Source: Mytilus californianus
Lineage: Eukaryota
DNA length: 64,000 nt
Direction: 5' to 3'
Assembly: GCF_021869535.1 (NCBI RefSeq)
Contig: NW_026262712.1
Span: forward strand, 78,988,001 to 79,052,000
Shown here: piece by piece, positions 26,296-39,300 of the stretch
How positions within the stretch are numbered: the stretch's first letter is position 1
How the letters are laid out: each line of letters starts with the position of its first letter
The notes under the pieces: generated by a model
Databases searched by the model: none
The model's input: only the letters and a program-made list of their open reading frames with translations
What the model was told of the DNA's origin: nothing
Translations under genes and position numbers: made by a program

Positions 26296-27310
26296 AATAA
26301 AATTGAGTATGGAAATGGGGAATGTGTCAAAGAGACAACAACCCGACCATAGAGCAGACAACAGCCGAAGGCCACCAATGGGTCTTCAATGCAGCTAGAA
26401 ACTCCCGCACCCGGAGGCGTCCTTTAGCTGGCCCCTAAACAAATATGTATACTAGTTGAGTGATAATGGACGTCATACTAAACTCCAAATTATACACAGG
26501 AAACTAAAATTAAAAATGAAACAAGACTAACAAAGGCCAGAGGCTACTGACCTGGGACTGGCGCAAAAATGCGGCGGGGTTAAACATGTTTTTTGAGATC
26601 TCAACCCTCCCCCTATACCTCTAGCCAAAAAATGTAGAAAAAAAAACCGCACAACAGTACGCACAGTAAAACTCAGTATAAGAGAAGTCCAAGTCCGATG
26701 TCAGAATGGGAAACAAAAGAAAATAAACAAAATGACAATAATACATAAATAACAACAGACTACTAGCAGTTACTGACATGCCAGCTCCAGACCTCAATTA
26801 AACTGTTTGAAAGATTATGTCTTCATCATATGAATATCAGGCATAATCCCTCCTGTTAGGGGTTTAGTATTATACCGTCATAAAATATATGAGAAGAACA
26901 TAACCCGTGTCATGCTAACAACTAGTTTTAAAATAAATGTGTTTAGTTCAGATGCAAAGACCCTATAAGTGAATCAATATTAAAGCCAAAATATGCAATC
27001 TTTAATGACCTGACAACAATATCCCTTCTTAATAAGTCTGTTTAAAGGTTTATTAGCTTTTGAGGTGAATACTGACATTTTTGTGCTTTGTAAAGTATAT
27101 TACCATAAAAGATTGGATGTGAAATACCCGAACGTATAAGATGTCTGCATGTTGAGTTATATTTACGAATGATGTCCTTATACCGATGATAAAATTTAGT
27201 AAATGTTTTGACTAGTTTATGGTATTGAAAATTCTGGTGTAATAATTTTTCAGTAATACATAAATTTCTCTTGCTGAAATTCAATACGTTGTTACATACA
27301 CGAGCGAATA
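26296..27310 (-). mobile_element. Second, shorter 5'-truncated copy of PLE family 1
   Basis: Closely similar to 48837-49860: RT C-terminus (NLCITEKLLHQNFQYHKLVKTFTKFYHRYK) plus the full 3' UTR, same 3' end (aataaaattgag on +). Confidence 0.9.
26535..26626 (-). ncRNA. Type P5 twister-like ribozyme in the second family 1 copy (P4/L4 mutated)
   Basis: Same fold as 49071-49162; T1 CCC/GGG intact, L4 UCCCAGGU, P4 CCAG/CAGU weakened. Confidence 0.7.
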
Positions 27311-29674
27311 TACTTTTAATAAACTACTGAAACGTTTGAATTTTGTCAATGTTTAACCATAATAAAATACTATCATCAAGTTTTTTTTTAAAATATAAAT
27401 GTATTTACAAATGTAATTTGAAATTCAGTGTCCCTGTTCCTTGGAGACTATTATATATGCTGGTTTTCTTTTTTTTTTTTTATAAAATTTTCAGATATCG
27501 AAATCTATTTTGGTGACTCACTATTCAGACAGAACACGTTTTATGCGATATAGAAAGTGTGACCTGTATTTGTCTCCCTCTTAGGCTAAAATAGAATTCG
27601 TTAACAATACATTGGTCTTCTGTATATTTTAGGATAAACATGCAATTTGGCCCTTACCGAACTAACTCCTTTAAGACATCATATCTTCTGAATTTTTTTT
27701 ATGCACAAAATGACAGCAGCAAATACGTATAACAAAATTAATGAATATTTCTGACTTCCATTCTTGAAAACTTGTCATATTTCATTTTATCGTTGTGAAT
27801 CTTGAAGACATGTTCAATATTTGTACATTTATTGCCAGAACTGATGCATTTTGTAAAGTGAAATCTCATGTCACCACTGAGTGATGTATATTGTGTCACC
27901 ACGTAAATAATAATTAATGCAATTAACCTTTATCTTAAATAATTACATAATTAATGGCTAAATTTCTCTATCTTAGGATATGGAGAAAATGGCATTATTT
28001 TCAAGCTATTCTGAGGTGATAATTATTTTGATAAAACGATGGCATTTAAGAGGAAGCGTTAATGGAAGAACGATTGTTGTGATCCACGGAGATACTGATG
28101 ATCCCGTGGTTCTTTATCTAACATGCTTCTACAAATATGAACCAAAACAGTTGGAAACTGATTTGAAAGATCGCCATGAAATGCGTATTTGCCTTTTGTT
28201 TTTCAAGATAGATTAAAGAAGGGTTAAAATCGTTAACTGATAATTTAAACATGTAACTTAAAAGTAAATGTCAACATCGGCAAAATGTACGTGTCTCATT
28301 AAAATAACCTTAGATATATTTTGTTTATAAGAAGAAAGATTATAACATTGTATGTTACAGTAATCAAATGTATTAAGTTTAAAGCAAACCTGAATCTGAC
28401 AATATCAGGTTTGAATTATTGCTAGAAATCCATTATGTAATCACAAATAATATTTTACCGATGTAATATTCATCATTCTACATTCAAATTGCAATTCTGT
28501 TATAAGAGAAGTCAACTGGTCTTTAATTTGAAAAGCTTCCAGATGTCTTTATGGTATAGCCTGTTTTCTTTTAAATATTGAATTAATTTTATATTAAATA
28601 AACTGTGTTGACGTGCAACAAAAACTACATATATCCTAAGATAGGGAAAATCGCTTTTCTTTGGGTGATTTCACATCACGTACTAATAAAATACTTGTTA
28701 ATGAAATTAAATCTCAAACAAATGAGGTTCAATATAATAACATAAAAAATTGTTCAAAGGATATTTAAAGCTTCTCAATTTTTTCTTTATAATCGGATAT
28801 ATGTTGTTTTACGATTTTTCAATTGACATAAGTATGCATTTCCATATAGTCATATACATTCACTGAAAATTGCCGGCGAAATTGATGTTTAATGTTGCAC
28901 GTATTTTGTTGGCTCAATCTGTAAAAGCTATGTCAGTGGGAATTATCACGAGTCCAACAATGACATAAGACAAGAGTCACCTTTATCATTAGTCTGGTTA
29001 TAAAACAACACACATACAACGATCTAAGCAATACTAATTATCTGTACACGACATGGGACCAAGATAAGGCAATTGAAATACTAAAGACCACCAGATTAAA
29101 AACAATTCATTTTATTTGACGGTATTCCATTATATTGTCTGCAGCCATGAACGAAAACTGATCCAAACATTTATGTATTTAATATTAATATATTCAATAT
29201 CTTTGAAATAAAGTTGATATTTAGAATATAATTGAACATACAGCATTTGTAGTATGCAATATTTGTTCCTTTTGCAAGTTTGCATGTGGTCCAATCGTCA
29301 CACGAATTTCCATGTTGACAAGTATGTAGAATTGTATTCCTACCAAAGAGATTTGTTTCATATTGTAGAAGCAAGCATGTCAACTTTAAGATTAGCATTA
29401 ATTGAATCATAAATATATTCCATTATTGAATGCTGGTACAATTAACTTTCTTCTAGTATTAGAAGCGTCAGGGGGCTTGACATAAACTGTTCAGTTCTTC
29501 TACCTTAAGGCATTTGCATGAGTTAATTTGTGTTGACGTTATGTAAACATATCAATAAATTATTAATAAAATAATTTTCGGGAGATCTTAAACGATTTCC
29601 CAGACGTAGTTCGTGTATGTAAAAGTGTGTTATTTCATCACCTGTATATATAAGGTATCCTTTATTAATAATTG

Positions 29675-29852
29675 GTTATCAACGGTACCAGGATTATAAT
29701 TTATTACGCCAGACGCGCGTTTCGTCTTCACAAGACTCATCAGTGACGCTCAGATCTAAATAGTTATAAAGCCAAACAAATACAAAGTTGAAAAGCATTG
29801 AAGACCCAAAATTCTAAAAAGTTGTGCCAAATACGACTAAGGTAATCTATAT
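29675..29852 (-). mobile_element. Hammerhead-bearing retrozyme-like repeat
   Basis: Shared flanks gttatcaa.ggtaccagg and gcattga.gacccaaaatt with copies at 14.4, 35.6 and 52.9 kb. Confidence 0.7.
29707..29748 (-). ncRNA. Minimal type I hammerhead ribozyme, intact
   Basis: CGUCA-CUGAUGA-GUCUU(GUG)AAGAC-GAAA-CGCGCG-UC^-UGGCG; stem II differs from the 52965 copy but still pairs. Confidence 0.9.
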
Positions 29853-30509
29853 TCGATAGTAGTTTGTTTGTGTGTTTAAAAGTGTGTTATTTCATCACCT
29901 GTATATATATGGTATCCTTTATTAATGATATTTGACAGTAGTTTGCCAATGTTTAACTGTCGTTATATTGAAACCAGATTTTAAAAAAGTAGGTGAATCG
30001 CTTCTACCCAAAACGTAGTAAGACCAAGAGCTTTGGCAGGTTAAGCAAGTTCTTCCTAAAATCGTGTAAGTGTAATATGCAATGTACAATTAATCGTTTA
30101 CTTAAAATAACTCTATGTATATTTGATTTAAAATATCAGAGCGTTTATGTATGTGTTATTACATATTTCTAAGTTTCCTGCAATGATCAACATTCCAATT
30201 AAATGAACAATATACGCTCATTGTCAGAAAATCTTAAATTAAATGAACAAACTTTAAAAACAGAAAGACATCATTTTATATCCATTACAACAATATATAT
30301 ATATAAATATTAAATATTACCATTCGATCATAAAAGAAGGGGGCTACCAGAGAACTATAAGCGAATATCGCGTAACATTATTTGTATAGTGATATGGCTA
30401 ATAACAGTTTTCTTAACGTTTGTTTGGTTTTTCTATCGTCAATGTTTAGTATTCATACCTTAGAGATCAAATATAAACACTCCTTAACTTTATGCGGAAC
30501 TATTATGAT

Positions 30510-30760
30510 CCACTTTAGAACAGTTTACGACAAAATATGGTCTTCCCTAGAAAACTTTTAGCTGAGATAACTATTAGACACCAAGATTCGGTCAATTCTA
30601 CTCGAGAACATTTTGAATAGTGTTTCATTAGAAAAGATTGTGACATCTTTCCGCCTAGAACAGATAGTTCTACTCTAGAGCAGATCTTGACAGTTCCATC
30701 ATAGAACAGTTTTGGAAAATTCTACCCTAGAACAGTATCTGACATTTCTATGTTCTCGAG
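30510..30760. repeat. Degenerate short tandem repeat (ct..tagaacag motif)
   Basis: About eight recurrences of cct/cat-agaacag-like motifs at roughly 30-bp spacing. Confidence 0.45.
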
Positions 30761-33700
30761 ATAAAAGTACATTAAACATGTAAAAGCGACAGTATAATTC
30801 ACTGATGTTTAATCGATTAGGAGACAAATCAAGGCAACACATAAAAACTGAGATAATCGCCGGAACTTCAAAAGGGGGAGACCAGGTGAGTTAAGCAGTT
30901 ATATAACGCATTATTCTGACGGCAGTTCTGTTAAAGCTTAATTTAACTGTACACACGACCAACGACATTCGGTTTACTAAAGCATGTTTTGATGGAGTAT
31001 CAGATCAATGGTTGATTAAATTTTACAGAAAGTCTTGAATTAACCCAGTAGAAAAGTATCTGGATGTGCAGAATTATCACAGTTATATCTTTAAAAAAAT
31101 TATGACTTTATGAACAACAATGATTCACTTCCTTGAGCCATCAGAGTGTCCATTTTAAGCATATTCTAGTGTAGAAGAATATAATACAGAATATCAAATG
31201 AGACAGATTCTTTTTCATCCAAAGGGATACCTGTGTTGGGACAAATCTTGTTAGCTTGGATGCAACACACATACCATAACCTGTACGGATTAGTCACTTC
31301 CGTGTTGAGGATGCATCTACACACAATATTAAAAATGAAGTGCAAGACTGATCTAATGACATCTTAATTTTTTATCATAAAAAGACTACTACAGAACATA
31401 ACAACCAATATTTTGTCTGTACCAAGTCAGCACTGTAACAGTTGTTTTCCATTCGTTCGGTTCATTGATAACACCCAACGTTCGATCTTGTCAGTTTTTA
31501 TGGATTTCCCCTTTATGAATTTACATTGGAGTTCGGTATTTTTGTTATAATTTTTGACTGAATGTATCATGAGCAACTGTTGTTTTAGTGACTGCGAGGC
31601 TGTGTATACATAAAAGCCAGATTTATGCTGGTTTGTTCTTTTCTTGGCTAGGCAAAACAGGCTGTAAAATAGAAGAATACCGAGGGGCGCTTAAAATCAC
31701 AAATCAAAGGAAAAACAGACATCATGATTAAAAGAAAGAAAGGAGTAAAAGACAAAAAAGCTTATCACAAAAAGCTCATTGAAGAGAAGTAGACATGAAA
31801 TATTCAATACTTAATGCCCTTTTTGGTTGTATCAAAGAAGTATTATTTTGACATCAATATAATACTTATATTGTTGTATCTACTATCATTTTATCTGTTA
31901 CTTTTTTGTCCATATTTTTTCTGAAAACAAAATCAACAAAAGCATATCGAGCTTTACTGTATTTTATATTTGATATCTACATAAACCAAGAATATATAAA
32001 GAGCACATTAGTTATAGGGATTTAATCGACGTTTTACAAAAGCCTTTTCGTATAGTATATAAATAATACCTTCACAATAACTGTGAAAATATAATTAACC
32101 ATTTGATATTTTGTTGTTTACTTACTATACTGTGTGTCTATTGTGTCGCATGGTTTATTTTCTTATTAACATTTATATCATAAGAGTATGTTTACTGACA
32201 AAAAAAAGCTTCAAATAAAATGAAGGATTTCAGTACATCCATTGTAAAAAATGTTGTCCATTTGAATACGGAAATACCAATAATCTAAATTAAATGGTAG
32301 TAGATGATATCTAAATCAACACCATTTAATAAAGGCGTTTTAATTTTCGTATGTCCGCAGATGGCTTCAGCGACGGAATAAAGAGTTGTTCTTTGAATCT
32401 GAAAGTGTCCTTAAGGAATCTGGTTCTTTAAAAGTTAATTAAAAACAAGACTCGGAATCTTCACGAAAGTTTAACACTATAAGGCGTCACTAATAAACCT
32501 TGTTTATAACGCAACATTTACCAAAATAATTATACAGAAGTTACCATTGAGAGTTTTCCACGTCAGAAGGCTAATCTTTAACTAATCTGTTGTTTTGCTA
32601 ACTGTATATTGATCTAATGACATCGCATACAAACATCAGACATTTAATTGTTTTACGACCATGTAATTACCAACCAAGAAGCGAAATTAATATCATAAAG
32701 AAAACTTGAAAATTTATAAATTGTTTTTAAACATTTTACCGCAGGTGATAAGGACATGTATAATCTAATACTCAAAATATAAAAATTCCCCCAATACAAT
32801 TATAAAGTAATTTGCAAAGGTTTTATAAATTGTTACGTAGTGCTCAGTTATTTGTCAAGACTGGTTTGTTGCACATTACATTTCTCGTTGCAATGATATA
32901 ATAATAAGGTTGGTACGTTGATAAGAATGAATGGTGATCTAGCCTTTGTAATGACCCTTATCGATAGAAGAAATAGTGATCCTGTCTTTGTAATGACCCT
33001 GCTCATTAGAAGAAATAGTGCAAGATTTAATCTGCTGTTATGTTTTTTTCCCTGAAACTGCATAACATGGCATGTAAAACTGGTTTGCACTTTTAGAGAC
33101 TCGCTAACGAAATTTTGATGAGGTTATGATGTTCATTTTTGGTATGAACAAGCATCCTTGAAAATAATAAGTAAATAAAAATTCAAAATTTGTCGTTATT
33201 TACACTGTATCATTTTCTTATTTGCATTAAACTTATTAAAATTTCAGAGGTAAGTGCGTCAGACGTGTTTTTGACGTCATCTTAATGTTTGACCTTTTCG
33301 TAAACTTAGAAAAAGCAACTGGAATCGATGGGTTTGCTCTTTGTTGAAGGTCATGTGGCGGCCTGTAGTTGTCACATCCTTGTATTTTGGTCTTTGATAG
33401 ATAATTGTCTCATTGGCAATCATACCACATCTCATTGTTTTCATAGTAATGCCTCGAAATGACAAAATATTAATATAAACATTTTTTCATTAAAAAGGTT
33501 TGATGTAAACTAAAAGCAACTATTACAGACAACAGCAACCACTAGATTACAGACTTCTTGTTAAGGGTTCATTAGTTTTTGAAACGGCTTATTACAGTTA
33601 TATCAGTAAAGGACCTTCACTTCAGGTTTAGTTCCTAACTACCCGGGAAGTTTGCTGTTGTCCTGTTTTATATGCTAATCGTGGAGTTTCACACTTGACC

Positions 33701-35158
33701 GACCTGTTAACTGTTGACACATCTTATAGTCAGTCCACGAGATTTAATAGTAAATTTGTATTTTACGTGTCTGTAATGTATGCAGTTTGATATTTAGCCT
33801 GGTAGCTGAGCATTTATCTCCTAGAGTGGTGAAATCATACATGTATAGTTTTCTATTTGTCCATATCTTGATTGGCTTATTTTTTCCTTGTAATGTGTAT
33901 TCCCCTACCTGCAATGTATTGTCCTTTACAAAGGACGCTTTAACTAAAACGGCATGTATTGCCTCCATTAACGTTAATTAATGATTAGCTGACAAACGTT
34001 TTGAGAAGTTGCATGACAATCTATCCAAACGGGAATTAAATGGATCTCATATTTCAATGAAAAGATGACAATCAACAATTTGAATCTTAAACAAAATCCA
34101 TTAAGCTTGAAGTTTCCGATTAGTGAACAATTAATAGATAATTGTCCGAGGTCTCATACTGCAATTTACGCAATGATCACAAAAGCTTGACTAATCCGAT
34201 TTTAATATTTGGTTTTTTTCCTTGAACAATTGAAAAGTACCTTACATCAATCTGACTGAATCCTTAAAAAATAAAATGAATAACTCGTCAACGTAGCAAA
34301 CAACCAAACATGATAGAAATCACTATGAAATAGGAGTGTCTAATCATAAGACTGATTTCAAGTTGAATTAGTAACATAAGACAATGTTGTAGATATACAT
34401 GTACAAAGTGAATAATAATTTCACAAGGATTGTCAGTATATCATGTTAAATATTAAGGATGATAGGCTCTTAGCAGTTCGGTATTAAAATATCAAATAAA
34501 AAGCATCAGGCATTTACACCATTTACCTTAGGTGCTTACATCATTGCCTAATGGAATATTATGTCAAATTAAAAGAAAGGATAACGCGCCTACACGGCAT
34601 TACGGTTTGATTTTACAAGATGCAGTTGGACGCTTAAAAACCAATCATATAATCTGTCGTTATTTAATGGCAAATAACAAATAAATGGAGAATGTGTTCA
34701 TGGGACAGATGATGCCCCGCTTGGATATAGCGTTATAAAGGGACATAACTAGAGAACTGTATAAAACTGGAAACCTCTATCGTCGGTGATGCATATATAG
34801 TAGGAGACGCTTACCCTGTCGACCTAGGCACTCGGTCATTAAACTTTACTCAGTACTCAAGAGTACAAAACATGTACACGAAAAACAAAATCCGGTAATT
34901 TGACTGGTTGATTTCTGAGTCTAAGTACAATAATCGTGCTCAAAATTTGTATTACCGCAGGACCCGGTCTCGCTCCTTTGCGAGTTAATGCGAGTTCTTA
35001 ATTTCTATTTGTTTTCTCGATTTGCTAGATTTGTACGTCTGTAATCTACTGTCGCCTTAATAAAGACTCTTTAGCTCTCTCAAAACACCTTAGTCGGTGT
35101 CGAAACAATCATATCACCTGCTACTTTAGCAAAACGATGTTTTGTTTGAAGATACTAT

Positions 35159-35550
35159 TTAAATAAAGACAACAGTAGTATACCGCTGTTAAAAATTCAT
35201 AAATCGATTGAGAAAAAAACAAATCCGGGCTACAAACTAAAACTGAGGGAAACACAAAAAATATAAGAGGAGAACACAGACACAACAGACACACTAAAAT
35301 GCAACACACACAGAAACGAACTATAAGATAACGATAGCAATTTTCCTGACTTGGTACAGGACATTTAAGAAAAAATGGTGGGTTGAACCTGGTTTTGTGG
35401 CTAGCCAAACCTCCCGCTTTAATGGCAATGTTAAATATAACACTAAAATGACAACATCACATGACAGGACTACAATACAAATATATAGAAGAACATACAG
35501 GACAGAGAAACTCACAAATAAACAATACAATAGAACATTACGACAAGCTA
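35159..35550 (-). mobile_element. Twister-bearing non-autonomous element (aaataaagacaacagtagtata terminus)
   Basis: Homologous to 43473-44030. Confidence 0.75.
35335..35430 (-). ncRNA. Type P5 twister-like ribozyme (ACC/GGU subfamily), core intact, P5 decayed
   Basis: GCGG-GA-GGU-UUGGCUAGCCACAAAACCAGGUU-CAA-CCC-ACC-P3-G-UCCUG-UACCAAGU-CAGGA. Confidence 0.7.
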
Positions 35551-35554
35551 ATAG

Positions 35555-35765
35555 TTATCAAAGGTGCCAGGCCTAAAGAGGAAGAGCATTGATGACCCAA
35601 AATTCCAAAAAATTGTGCCAAATACGGCTAGGTTATCTGCCTGGGATAAGAAAATATTTAGTATTTAGAATAATTCATTATTTTTGCAAACAGCAAATTT
35701 ATAAAATATAAAAATGACCATATAATTGATATACATGCTAACACCGAAGTGGTGACTAACTACAT
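35555..35765 (-). mobile_element. Retrozyme-like repeat with the hammerhead segment deleted
   Basis: gttatcaaaggtgccagg is joined almost directly to gaagagcattgatgacccaaaatt; about 90 nt including the HHR are missing relative to 29.7 kb. Confidence 0.65.
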
Positions 35766-36937
35766 AATAAAAACGAATACGTAAAACATACTAGATCAGC
35801 ACTTAAAAACAGCACAGCCGAACAACGCATTGTATGTAAGCCGAATAGATCGACGCACAAAAGTGACGTCACAGGTAAATTTCTAAAAAAATCCAAAAAA
35901 TAGGATAGAGTTCAAGATTAGATTTGTAATACTGATATTACATGTATTTAATGACAATGAAAATTACAATACTTATTAATATAAAATTGTGTTAGTATAG
36001 GCAACAAATAATAAAGGGAAATTCAAACTCATAAGTCGAAAATAAACTGACAACGCCATTGCTAAAAAAAAACCAACAGACAAACAATGTAAGGTTATGT
36101 AAAATAACTATTACACCGCAGAATATAGATAGAATCTTATCTGTAATTTAAAAATATATGATCAAAATAGTCAGATATCCAAGGATGTGATACATATAAT
36201 ACCATGGAATAATATCGAACATTTTGAAAGTTCTCTCTAAATATTCCTTACTTAGTGTCCTTATCCTCCTTCCTCCCGAATGAAACATAAGGATAACCAC
36301 GCGTTTGTTTCATTCTTTTCCATTCATTGCCACAAGCTGAGCTTGCCCCTAGATGCAGCTGATTTCTTGTAGCTTGGTCGTAACAGTTCTTCTTCTGGTG
36401 GTACGGTGGTACGAGGTCAACCTGGTTTTCTCTTTCCAGTAGAGAAATATTCTGAACATGTTAAAATTTCTCTCTATATATATGGAAATTACAGTTTGTA
36501 GAATATTGGGTAATATTTTAAACTCTGAATTTAAGGAAATATTGATATAAGCGGTGGTTGTATTTAACATTAACATTGCTTTTGAGTTCACTTACCAGAC
36601 CAGAAAAATGGACATATAAACCCATCTCAACGGTGTATATTCGAAATCATCAGTACAGTCTCGATGTCATGTTTACAACAATCTTTTTCTCACCGTTGTA
36701 TGAGAACAATATGTACAATGTTTTAATGTTGATAGACATATTTGATGAACATCCGTTACATGTCAGATCGACCTTTCCTTTCTGTATCATATGCTTAATG
36801 AAATATATGTAAATGGACATGAATTTGTTAGTTGAAATAACGGAAATCATTTCCCTTGTCAGTCATTCTCTGTAAAAGAGAAGAAAGAAATCATGTAATA
36901 AATATGACTTTTTCAGTGAAAAAGATCGATGAAACAT

Positions 36938-37232
36938 TATGTACCCCTATTTGTGACATTTTTACCTATTATGTCTGTTTGTTTTGTTCACACAATGTTG
37001 CCAATATAAGGGAGTTTTATGCGACTGTCATACAAGTGAGAGGTTTAGCTAGCTATAAAACAAGGTTTAATCCACCATTTTCTACATAAAGAAATGCCTG
37101 TACCAAGCCAGGAATGTGACAGTTGTTTTCCATTCGTGTGATGTGTTTAAGTTTTTGATTTTGCAATTTGATAAGGGACTTTCCGATTTGAATTTTCCTT
37201 GGAGTTTGGTATTTTTGTTATTTTACTTTTAA
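36938..37232 (+). mobile_element. PLE family 2 3'-UTR fragment with twister
   Basis: Reverse complement of 23771-24060; related fragments at about 17330-17570, 31415-31555, 48160-48240 and 51505-51641. Confidence 0.8.
37024..37123 (+). ncRNA. Type P5 twister-like ribozyme (ACC/GGU subfamily), near intact
   Basis: P5 ACUGUCAUA/UGUGACAGU, GUGA-GA-GGU, U^AA (37068/37069), UCC-ACC, P3 AUUU..AAAU, G, P4 CCUG/CAGG, L4 UACCAAGC. T1 is ACC/GGU; one T2 pair is A.C. Confidence 0.75.
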
Positions 37233-39300
37233 CTAAGTTATCGAAATAAGCAAAATCCGCTGCAATATACATCTAAATACTGTAAACATGATATTCAATT
37301 TACCAATCCATGTTATATTAATTGTAAAAACTGCATTGCTATATTCGTATGGGAGCCAGTCTTAATCGCCAACTTTTTTATCAGGGGCATTTCAATGTTA
37401 CACTTTGTAAGATTAACTCCCCTGTTGTTTTAATTACATTTGATCGTCGTTTTTTAATAAATGGCATTTTGGTTGGCATCTTTCTCCTTAATAGTTTGCC
37501 TTCAAACAACAGAGCAAGGTGTGTACTGACATAACTACTCATGGACTAAGGGGATATGTAATCATATGGTGGTATTCTGTTTGTTTTTTTCTGTGATTCT
37601 CATCTTAGATATACATTTACAACACTGGGCAAGTCAGACATAATTATGTGTCTGTCAGCGAGATTTGACTCCATAGGTTTTTTAAAGTCTTTTGCAAAAC
37701 CCAAATGACCATCGAACCAAAAAAAAAACAAGCTACAACGAAACCATTGAGGTATTTCTAAAATAAAGACGACATAAAAATATAAAAGTAATTCTAATTT
37801 GTACATAGATAAATATTATCTCTACATGTAGATATTTATTCTATTGACTTCCTGTTTGTTCTTTGGTATTTCATATTTCTTTAAAATTCAACCAGAAGAG
37901 TAAACTAATTGTTTCTTGTATTGTGAAGACCCTATTACCCCTTGTCTTTTTCCCCTGGGATATTTCAACAGAATATAATTGAAAAAAAAACGCATAGGAA
38001 TCCTTTAATACGGGAATAAATTATAGTTGACATTTAAATCCGTCCATAAAGTATCAGTATCACATATTTTAATATTTACAGTCTATTACACTTCATTAAC
38101 ACCATAAATAACAATAAAAATAAAAAAGCTTCAAGATTTTAACTATTTATCAAAAATCGTTTTGAACTGGAATCCCTTTGCCTATCTTAAAATTTAGCTT
38201 AATGTTTCATTGAAAAGTAAATTGATTATAAAATAGGATTTAATGTTGTGTTCTAGAGTTATTGTTTCCCACAACGCAAACTGATCAATGTAAATCAGAC
38301 ACCATTCAAACAAAAAAGACATAAAACATTCAACACTCAACCATTGTCTTTAATCAATTGTACAACTCATTCAGATGAATGATAATAGTTGTATCGGTAT
38401 AAACATAATTGATATAAAGTTGGTATATTCATAAAATATGGAAATTTGTTATTAAAACTTGTGAATAGGGTATCAAAAATCTGTACATAAAATATGATAT
38501 ATAAAACGATAAGCAACTACTTGGTGATTTATAATTTATGACAAACTTTGTATAATTTCCAAATGCATTCTCATATTCAATTGCTAATGATGCTTAATTG
38601 TTTTTATCATATTTTGAAATTAAAATTCACCAATAATTTTTATTAAAATGAGTAATTCTATAGATATATTCAAGCAGTTACGGTGCATTGCGTGATGCAA
38701 GTGTAGAATGTATCAAATGACATTAACAAATATGCGTTTGTGTATGAATAGGTTAAACGCTTATATTGTATTGAGAGCACTCGATGAAATAGTGAAATAT
38801 CGCAAGCCATGATCAATCAAAACAACAGTTAATATCATATCATATATGAAGAAACAAACAACATGTTTTTTTCTGATAATCAAATATCCGAGTTTTAGAT
38901 GAGTATCTTTCAATGTTATTTAATGTATACTTTTTAAAGGGTAGCATCACTCATACATCACGTTTTGTTTACATCAATCATCCATTGGAACTAACCTGTA
39001 TCGTGAATTGCCATTTAGGATTTATTTAGATATATTTTCTGTACTTCTATAATCAATACATATTTATAGCAACATTGTTACTAAGATTAATAACAGAAAC
39101 ACACAATGTCCCGCTATGCCTACGATGAATTATCGCCAAAAGTCAAAGAAAGCTAGAAAGTAACATTTTCTGTTACATCAAGCAATATTAATTACCCAAA
39201 AGACAATTGATAGATATGTATTTTTCATCTCTATGTTATATCAGATAGGCAGATCAAAACTCAGTTGACAATACTAATCAATATTTAAATTACAAAACAT

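Noticed and set aside
34758-35107. Possible solo LTR (TGT...ACA, internal AATAAA)
   Set aside because: No matching TSD (gaac vs atca), and the left boundary overlaps other repeat relics.
36340-36505. Possible exon (LGRNSSSSGGTVVRGQPG...)
   Set aside because: In-frame stop upstream, weak donor and no recognisable product.
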